This document shows, one piece after another, positions 23,163 to 31,247 of a stretch of 31,247 nucleotides of DNA. The DNA comes from Neodothiora populina (Eukaryota), in contig NW_027191414.1 of NCBI RefSeq assembly GCF_041146345.1, forward strand, positions 1,426,001 to 1,457,247, read 5' to 3'. Numbering within the stretch: the stretch's first letter is position 1; each line of letters starts with the position of its first letter. The notes beneath the pieces were generated by a model. The model searched no databases and was not told the origin of the DNA. It saw only the letters and a program-made list of their open reading frames with translations. The position numbers and the translations under genes are program-made.

Positions 23163-26100
23163 TGGGATTTCAGAGCCTGCTGCAACTCCGTGAAGATCTT
23201 TTATTGGCCTCTCTTCACCTTACTCGCATCACCATGATGCAGCCTCCACCTAAGATTCCAGTCATCACTGTATAGTCTCGCCTGTGCTGCGGGTGCTGCT
23301 CTAGTGATATTGACGTCGCATTTGACAGGTTCAACGAGCATAATCGCAGACAATGCTGATTCTACCATCAACCTCTTAGAACGTTGTGTTCCGATGATGG
23401 AAGCTAGATTTTTGCAATGTTCGAACAGCGAACCTTGGTGCCTCACCACAATGTGCGCTACGCACATGCTACTGATGATGCACCTGAAGAAAGAACAGCG
23501 GCAGACCGCCAATTGCTCATGTGCGCAGAGGTATCTACAATTGCATTATACGCGCTACGGGAGACAGTAGCTCACCCGATCAGGTGAAGATGACCCACGG
23601 CCAACACCTAGAGACTCTACGTCTGGTACCAGCGAAGTAAACTTGCAATCTCAGCAGCGAGACGTGTCTCAATACTAGGGATCTTGAAACCATACTCAAG
23701 CTGATGTTCCGCTATCTAGACGCACGTTGCTTACCGACAAGCACAACTGCAAAGTACAGCGATTCCCTCAATGTCACAGTGGCCAGATAGAAACATTCTC
23801 GGTGTGAATATACGTACTGGTTCGGTCCGGTCTCTTGATCTGGGATACTAAATCGTGCCGTAGTCCGAATTTGATTCCTTTGATTTTGATATGGATTCTG
23901 ATAGTATGTGGGGAAGCATGTTGGGATCACAGTAGCAAGGCTTTCTCTCAGCCTAGTTTGTGGATGAGAGTATCGATGCAGGCAACAATAACCAGCTATT
24001 TGTATTGGTGTTGCACGTTCGAATGAGAGAACCCGAATAATGCATCTTGCTCTCTGTTCTAGCAGTCAAGGCTGCGTTGTGCCAAATAGACAAGCGTGAA
24101 AATATACTTTACACAGATGATTTGTCGCGATTCCCACAGCCTTGACGAGTGGTCGTGGTAAAAGCTGTGTGATCACTGGTAGCAATCCTGTTTGTCAGAT
24201 ACATTTTTCACATGCGGTACGTCTAGATATCCACCACTTACAAGAGTAGTCGATAATGTTCAGCTTTCCAAACGTGCAATATCACCTGCGACTACTAAAA
24301 CTTCGCAAGTGTCTATTAGATGTCCGCGGTCCGTCCTAACGCTGCCGTTTCCTGGTGCCATACGACTGTGGGCGGAGTGGGCTACCGTGTTTCTCATAGT
24401 AGCTCTCAGCGAAATTGTTTGCGATTTCAATCCTCCAGGACCAGAATATGAGACTCCACGGAGGTTCATGTGGAGAGACTAGTTGCAGGTCAATCACACA
24501 TGACAGATATATGGATGCAGCCCAGCGTACGATCAAAGGATGTGAAGTTTCTCCGGATATGGTGGTGTGAAGTGATCTTTCAAGCTTGTCAAGTATGCTG
24601 CAAAGGCCCTGGCGGATTGATAATCCCCTTGCTTGGCATCTCCATACTCGCAGCATTATATGATAGCGCATTCTTAGTCCTCGTACTGGACTTCGGGGCT
24701 TGACGTTGAACATGTTCCAATCCCCTCAAGCTCAACGGTAGTATAGAGCATCTTCTGTGCCAGAAAGGTTACATGTTGATCTCTCCTGTCACGCCAAAAC
24801 GCTCACTGCAGCTAATGTGGGGCTCTCATGTACACCAATCGGAGTCACGCTTTCTACTTTACCGTCGGACAGCTTGTAACTATGTCGAGGTTCTGCGACT
24901 GAGACCAACGCAAAAGCATTCCTACTAAGTCTAAATGCACAGCTGGTAGAGCAAGATGCGTTTACAATTGATGATATGTATATCAACGTCGGCATTCCCA
25001 TGACGGTCTCAGCCGGGATCCAACGTAGATGTTGTGATTTATAATCAATCGATCAAGCTGACCATGTCACAAGATGTCCTCAATATCACATGAATACTGC
25101 TTCGCAGTCTGTTTCCACGGACGCGCAGCTCTGTCTACCATCAGTATCGACTGCTATAAGGCGATGTCATGTAACACATGACAAACACGATGACCCCTCG
25201 AATATGCTTCGCAAGCGACTTGATCTTATTTCTCCGGGTCTTGCTTCCCTTCGCAGTGGTTGTCATGAGAGCGGTAATCGTGAGGATGATATGGGATGAT
25301 ATGGTCTTCTGCAAGCGATCACGGTCCACCAGGATTAATCTATCCGTAGAGTATGAGCAACACATTACATACGGCTCCAAGTACTTCGAAAATCTGTTGG
25401 AGGCCTCGACTGTGGTGGTCACCAGTCCGCCGTCATCGCCACTCTGCTTTTTCAGCTGAACAATATCAGTTCGGTAACAGTCTCCGACGCTGTCATCCCT
25501 CTGATGACGCCAGCATACCCGGGTCCGCATCTGTCTTCAATCTCATTTATCGCGTGGAAATATTTGACCAGGCAGGATCGACAATTAGGATCGTTAAAGT
25601 AGTATCGACCCTATAGACCCATCCCGGCTTCCCCTTCCACAGAACTTTAGAGTGGTAATCCGACGCTTTTTCTGTTCTCGAACAGCCTAAGCGGGGGTCA
25701 ACGGAGCCGACTAACATCGAACGTGATTGTATGGTATCTTGAATTGATAACAACGAAAGACAGAGGTGAGTCGGTCGAGTGGATCATGTTCGCCGTCTCC
25801 ATATAGCGGCTAACCACGGCCCCAGGGGTATCGAGATGAAACCAATGGAAAGATCGCAGCTTCAATCTTGACCGGCTGATGCATCCTTGTGCTATGGTCT
25901 TTACCGATCGTGGTGGCTTTTCTATAACTTTTTCCAAACGGATATAGCCTCGAATAACGGATAGAAGGTGTTGATGGCCGATTGTATCGACCCTGGACTC
26001 ACTGTACTGGTTATGTGGCTTGCGATGTTAGTAATATTTGGTTTTGTTCTGATTCGGGCATACTGTATTCCGCTGTTGGCTCGTCACGAACCAAAGTCTT

Positions 26101-26662
26101 CTGATTCAATATTGACTGATTATTCTTGATATGGTTCTAGATAGTGAGATTGCTCTTGAATTATGGGTTGAACTTAAGTAGTCCATCATCTGGAATGCTT
26201 CGCCTTCATTCCCACTGTTGTCTCGTCAGAAAGATAGATGATTTGAGACCATGTCAAGGATTCCGGAGATAGTGAACAGATGAGTGACAATGATCAATTA
26301 GCGTGCAACTGATGAAGACAATAATCGCCGCCTATTTCAACTGGATATTTAGCCATTGATCGTTTTGTGGGGCGTATCTGCAACTGTATGTCACCCTGCA
26401 GAATATGACGCTGACCTCTAAAATTGCTTACGAATCCTTTACTTAGGATCAAGACGAGAAGAGTCACGCCATAGTTAAGCGCATGCAATGATTAGAAATC
26501 AAGAATAAATGAAGTAGTGTTATGTTTGGTGATCTTGTACCTCGACCGATGGATATAAGGGTGTCTATGCGCTGTTACACACTATTGGACGTCCACAACA
26601 GAACCATCCAACAAAGTATCACACAAGAACTACTACGTAGCGAAAAATCATCATCACCAGCA

Positions 26663-27522
26663 ATGGCATCGACTGTCGTTCTAGTTACAGGAGCCAACCG
26701 TGGATTGGGCGAAGGACTAGTGGAAAGATTTCTTGCTCTGCCAAATCACGTATGTCTGCACGCCTAATCAATGCCGTTTGGAGCAAGTCTGAATATACTA
26801 GACTGTCATCGCTGTTTGCCGCGACCCAGCTCACACGACTGCCAAAGCTCTTCTTGACCTGGGTACAGGCGAAGGCAGCAGTCTGGTTATGGCCAAGTGC
26901 GATGCGTCGGTAGAAGAAGATCCGGCCACCCTAGTGAAAGACCTTCAGTCGAAGCATGATATCGACCATCTTGATATCGTCGTCGCTAATGCTGGTATCG
27001 TCAAAGCCTTTCCTCTAGTCAAAGACGTCAAGCGCTCTGAGATTCTTGAGCACATTGAGATAAACGTTTTTGGTGTGCTCTCGCTGTATCAAGCTACGCG
27101 TAGCCTTTTACAGAAGTCGCAAGCACCTCATGGGCCAGTCCTTGCGCTGATGGGATCGACTGCTGGTTCTCTAGAGTATGGTTAATTCCAGTCACTTTGT
27201 CTCATCTGGAAGCTTATCAAATCTCCCGAACAGACGTCAACCTTCAGTCCCAAATGCTGCCTATGGCGCGTCCAAGGCAATGCTACATTGGTATGGCATG
27301 CGCATCAACTCAGACGAGGAGTGGCTAGCCAGTTTTGTCCTGGAGCCTGGCTTTGTGCAAACCGACATGGGAAACTCTTCAGCGCGAGCTTTTGGAATGG
27401 AAAAAGCCATCACGACTGTAGATGACTCGTGTGATGGTATGTTCAAGGTATTGAACACAGCCACCAAAGAACACTATGGTGGAAAGCTCGTAGATTTCAA
27501 TGGCGAGATACAGACCTGGTGA
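26663..27522 (+). CDS. Short-chain dehydrogenase/reductase (Nor-1/AflD-like ketoreductase family), ~249 aa, 3 exons
   Basis: Exons 26663-26749, 26802-27175, 27234-27522. Motifs TGANRGLG, DIVVANAGI, INV, catalytic YGASK, PGFVQTDMGN. Confidence 0.92.
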
Positions 27523-28807
27523 TCGGATCAGGTCATACCTGAAAGGCATATGTTTTCTGCTAGTCATGGGCGTATATGAGTCTATAAACACATGTCGATC
27601 GTGGCAAGCTTACTGTGACAGTGCAGTAGATATTCAACCAAAAGCCAGATATTCAGATGTAAGATAAAAAATTGGTTGAGTCCTAATACAGACGGGGGTC
27701 ATCAATCTGTCGCTGACACAAGTACTTCTCCAGTCAAGACAGTGGTCCTCAAGAATAGATGAAACGGCCAACGGAACGTTGTCTAAAACGACTGTTACGA
27801 ACGTCGAGTGGCCTGCGTCTCACCCCTATCGTCATATTTTCTGATTCTCAATGCACGTTGTGACTTTAGATAGCACCAAGGAGATCCATATGTCGTGTTG
27901 CACGTTCATGCTTGATCCAACCACTGGCCTCAAGAGCCGCCACCAATGTATGTACCATCAGGTAGTGGAGAAAGACGACGTAAATGATATCCAGGAGGAT
28001 TCTATAGAAGCAGCTACCACGCTTCGGCGGACATTCGGTAACCCTCCGGAGTGTTTTCGGTGAATCTAAGAGTCGAGCCAGCGACAGCATTGTCTCATAC
28101 GCTTTTAAAAGGACAACAGCAGCGAAATGCCTGGGGTCGCATCCGTCTTGGCCTCAGGGAAGGCCAGAATTCTCGCCTTGTGAATCTCGCGCTTGAAACG
28201 TACTATAACAATCGCAGTACTGATCCTTGCTTATGCCGGGTTGCATCCTGACAATATTATAGAAGATACAGGACTGCTGTTTGAGCATTTGTATTAAGAT
28301 GTGTGTTCCATTTGACTAGCATAGAAAAATGATTTGTCTCAGTTCAAATTATCTTGGGGCTTTACACCGGTAAATCTTTACAGCTATCGTGATTTGTAAT
28401 GAAGAAGTAATTAGTAGCGTCCATGCATTTGAGGAAAGACATTAGGATCGAGTGTGTTGCACATCTGTATGTCGACTCATTCTTCAGCAGGACGCCTGCA
28501 GTATTCGCTCAGTGTGAGAACCTTTCCCTGAGACTGTCTGTCCGAGATTTGGTTGTCATTACATGACCTGGAAATCTCCGATCTGACATGCGCATAGAAA
28601 ACCTGGAGTATGTTGTCAATCTGATCTAGATGATAAACCTGGTAGAAAGCTCTCTCGCTAGTCCTCGGTCCATGTTGCCTCCCATTGTGTACTTTGATAA
28701 TCACCATTCGACCTAGTTGTCTTCGGCCATCTAGCAGTTCTGTCGACAAGGCCAAAAGGATATTGAACATAATAGATGTGGATCTCGTCCGTATCTTTGG
28801 CTAGCGC

Positions 28808-29920
28808 CTACTGGGCGTTACTCTTGGTGCTTGATACCGTGGTTGATAGATGGCCAATCCCACTGATAGTGTGCTTGCAAAATGTTTGCCCGCCTAGATA
28901 TTGAATCTCAATCGTCGCGTAAGGTGTACCCCTTTGCCCCCCGACATCACACGTATATTTGTAATGAAAGCCCATGTTCACGGTTCCGCCCGAAGGTACC
29001 ATCTGGCAAGCCATGTTGGCCACGCAGGGGTTGCCCTGATCGTAGTACAGGACGGAGATCTGCCGTTTGACACTGTAAAATACCTCCATCGTAGACTTGG
29101 AACGCCACGCCGGTATCGTCGGCACGAACACTGCCCCTGTAAGACGAGGGTACAATATGAGTCCAATCCAGAAGCCCCCGTGCGAGGTTCCAGTTGAATC
29201 CACCTCCATTATATGTGGACCTCCAGTTACATATGTGTCCGTGGCTCGCATCGCAAGCCTCGCCAATGAAATCTGGCGTGCGAGTCTTGGGGTCTTGACC
29301 ACCATAGATATCGGTTGCGAAGATTATAAACTGGTTGTAGCATGATATGCTACCTGTTGTACAGCAGGTCGTTGAATACCAGATCTCCGTGTTGTCTCCA
29401 GCCCAGTGGCATCTCGGATAGGCAAAGTAGGGAGTCACGTATGTCCTGTCGCTCTAGGTTCTGGTCGTGGACTGTTAGTCACCTGTTGGACAGGCGTCTG
29501 TATCACCTCTGGAGACGCAGGTGCCCGATCTCGAAACGACAATCTTTGTATCGTCATTACAGACACAAGACCATCTAGGTAGAGACTGTCATCAGGACAT
29601 TGACAAAACCCATTATTGCAGGAGCCAATCGCTTGAGAAGTACAATCAGATCGTGTCTGACATCTAGCACCACCACGAAGTCGATCAGAATTGCGACAAT
29701 TGTTCGTCACGCAGTCGTTGTTCCGTATGCAGCTTGATCCTTGACTTTGAAATTCGCATGATCCTTGAGAATTGCAAAAATAAGACTGGAAATCTGAAAT
29801 TTGGGTGCACTTAGAACCGTCGTTACCAATAACACATGTGTTGTGCCGGAAGTCGCAAAAACCTACTGCACAATCGGACGAGATAAAACCCGACGCGGCG
29901 GTCCCTATCAACCCGCCTGC
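28808..29920 (-). pseudogene. Degenerate Cys-rich, probably extracellular protein gene lacking its 5' end
   Basis: Repeated C-x3/4-DC-x3-C units (SSDCAVGFC, CIRNNDCVTNNC, CQTRSDCTSQAIGSCNNGFCQC). Frameshift near 29575, in-frame stops at 29475-29477 (TAA) and 29454-29456 (TAG), and another frame change near 29.25-29.3 kb. No start codon or signal peptide. Confidence 0.6.
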
Positions 29921-29922
29921 AG

Positions 29923-30160
29923 GAATCAATCAATATTCTGGCGATATCTCAGTTCCCGGACTAGATGGTGTGTTTCTGAGTATCTCAAAGGACTATGCGG
30001 GTCTTGGATTGCAGACTGGTACCATCAAGGTGAATGGTTTCGCTAATTGGCGATGCTTCGACGGTGGTGACCGACTTTTGTACACTGACACAAACGACAA
30101 CCGTTCAACAGCGATTCGCCCAATGTCTGGTCCGCCATCGATGCCAGCCTACCCAGTATT
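29923..30160 (+). pseudogene. Fragment resembling a small secreted fungal protein
   Basis: GINQYSGDISVPGLDGVFLSISKDYAGLGLQTGTIKVNGFANWRCFDGGDRLLYTDTNDNR is protein-like but has no start or signal peptide and runs into the LINE tail. Resemblance only. Confidence 0.3.
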
Positions 30161-30161
30161 A

Positions 30162-31144
30162 ATTGATTGATTGATTGATTAGTCTATCAAGCTATTCACG
30201 GTCTTATCGTCCGTATAAGCTGTCCAATGTCGTTCCCTCGTTTTCTTATCTGTTGCTTAGCCTTACAGATAATAAAAGAAGAACCTTAACGCTCCTTGTT
30301 CCTTAATCGCCACCCTCCTATTACTGTAGAAGGATAGCTGCCATCCTGGTTATCTATTAAAGAAACCGGACCGTCGCTTTTACTATTTTTAAATTCAGTC
30401 TCTATTACTTAAGCGGGCTATTTACTAGCTAATCTATGTGCATTTCTCTTTTCTTACTATACCCTCTTAGTAGAAAGGATAAATCACCTTATCTGTTTCT
30501 TACTATCTGCTTAAGTTCTACTTATATACTTATTTAGCGTTAGCACTAAAGAAGCACGTAAGCTACTATCTTGTCTTTCTGCCTGTATTCGCATTTACTA
30601 CTTTCCTCGACTTTAATCTTTGCTAAATAAGATTAAAGATAAGTATAGTTTGTTCTTACTTATACAAGAATACCCGCTTGCTCGGAGTTTAGCGCTCTAT
30701 AAAGCTTAAGCGTGTGCTTACTTAAGAAAGCTGCATTTAGCCTCTATGTATATTAACCTTATTTATTTGTTTTTAATGTTTAAGCTTTTAAACGCCTTTA
30801 TTCTGTAAGGTCCTTAATAAGAAGTATTTAAATTACCCCGCTCTTCTTAATTCGGACGTTAAAGTTTTTAAATAGTTTTGTGCCTGTCTCTATAGTAGTT
30901 TAAGTAGCTTAATAAGCACATTCGTTTCCTGCATTTCCTGTATGTGCTAGTACTTAAACAAAGGTTACGTTAAATTTACTCTGTTTAGCGTCTTAAAGCG
31001 TTTAAAGGATGCCTTAAAGTACTTCTCTGCCTCGCTTAGTACCGTTACTCTTTACTATAGCTTAAAGTGCCTCTTAGCTGTTTATAATAATTACATGCTT
31101 ACAATTTAAACTATATAAGGTAAGGATATAATTTAACATTATCT
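30162..31144 (-). mobile_element. RIP-degraded non-LTR (LINE, Tad1-like) retrotransposon 3' fragment: RNase H, CCHC zinc knuckle, 3' UTR and (CAAT)n tail
   Basis: Manual minus-strand translation gives VIIINS*EAL*AI...VTFV*VLAHTGNAGNECAY (compare RNase H consensus I.SDSQ.AL.AI...WVPAH.G..GNE.A, ~31100-30915). It continues GILV*VRTNYTYL*SYLAKI...KCEYRQKDKIVAYVLL*C*R* (compare Q.RTGH..L..YL...C.CG..ETV.H.L..C.RW, ~30690-30535) and R*GDLSFLLRG...VKATVRF. Most differences from consensus are C>T or G>A. (ATTG)4ATT lies at 30162-30180. Confidence 0.88.
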
Positions 31145-31247
31145 TTAGGGTTAGGGTTAGGGTTAGGGTTAGGGTTAGGGTTAGGGTTAGGGTTAGGGTT
31201 AGGGTTAGGGTTAGGGTTAGGGTTAGGGTTAGGGTTAGGGTTAGGGT
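31145..31247 (+). repeat. Telomere, (TTAGGG)17
   Basis: 17 perfect TTAGGG units plus T running to the end of the window. Confidence 0.99.

Noticed and set aside
23200..26500. Many short ORFs with patches of protein-like sequence on the minus strand
   Set aside because: Probably old coding debris, but no family could be recognised by eye.
27600..28800. Short ORFs including 28477-28770
   Set aside because: No motifs, splice structure or repeat features to support a call.
30180..31144. Telomere-linked RecQ helicase or DNA transposon as the identity of the AT-rich terminal block
   Set aside because: The translation matches LINE RNase H and CCHC motifs. No helicase or DDE motifs or terminal inverted repeats were seen.
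1..31247. CRISPR arrays, rRNA/tRNA genes, prokaryotic operons or defence systems
   Set aside because: The sequence is eukaryotic (spliceosomal introns, telomere). No repeat-spacer array or structural RNA gene was recognised by eye.

Overview
This is the last ~31 kb of a chromosome arm from a filamentous ascomycete: intron-containing genes with fungal GT/GC-AG and CTRAY signals, a RIP-like AT-rich repeat, and a terminal (TTAGGG)17 telomere at 31145-31247. The proximal 16.5 kb holds intact accessory genes: a CVNH lectin, a sugar porter with a GC-AG intron, a divergent pair of an unusual anchor-less cytochrome P450 and a membrane-bound cytochrome b5, a monocarboxylate-type MFS transporter, an NmrA/YtfG-like oxidoreductase and a secreted or membrane-anchored arylsulfotransferase. 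The distal 14.5 kb is mostly decaying. It has a frameshifted HET-domain gene, a PcaD-like hydrolase pseudogene, a second MCT gene cut off exactly at an inward-facing telomere-repeat relic (23145-23162), one intact SDR and a Cys-rich pseudogene. It ends in a heavily RIP-mutated LINE retrotransposon whose RNase H domain is capped directly by the telomere. The best candidates for new biology are the P450/b5/MCT/NmrA module and the record of chromosome-end breakage and healing. All exon models were derived by hand and family calls come from motif recognition; no database search was run.
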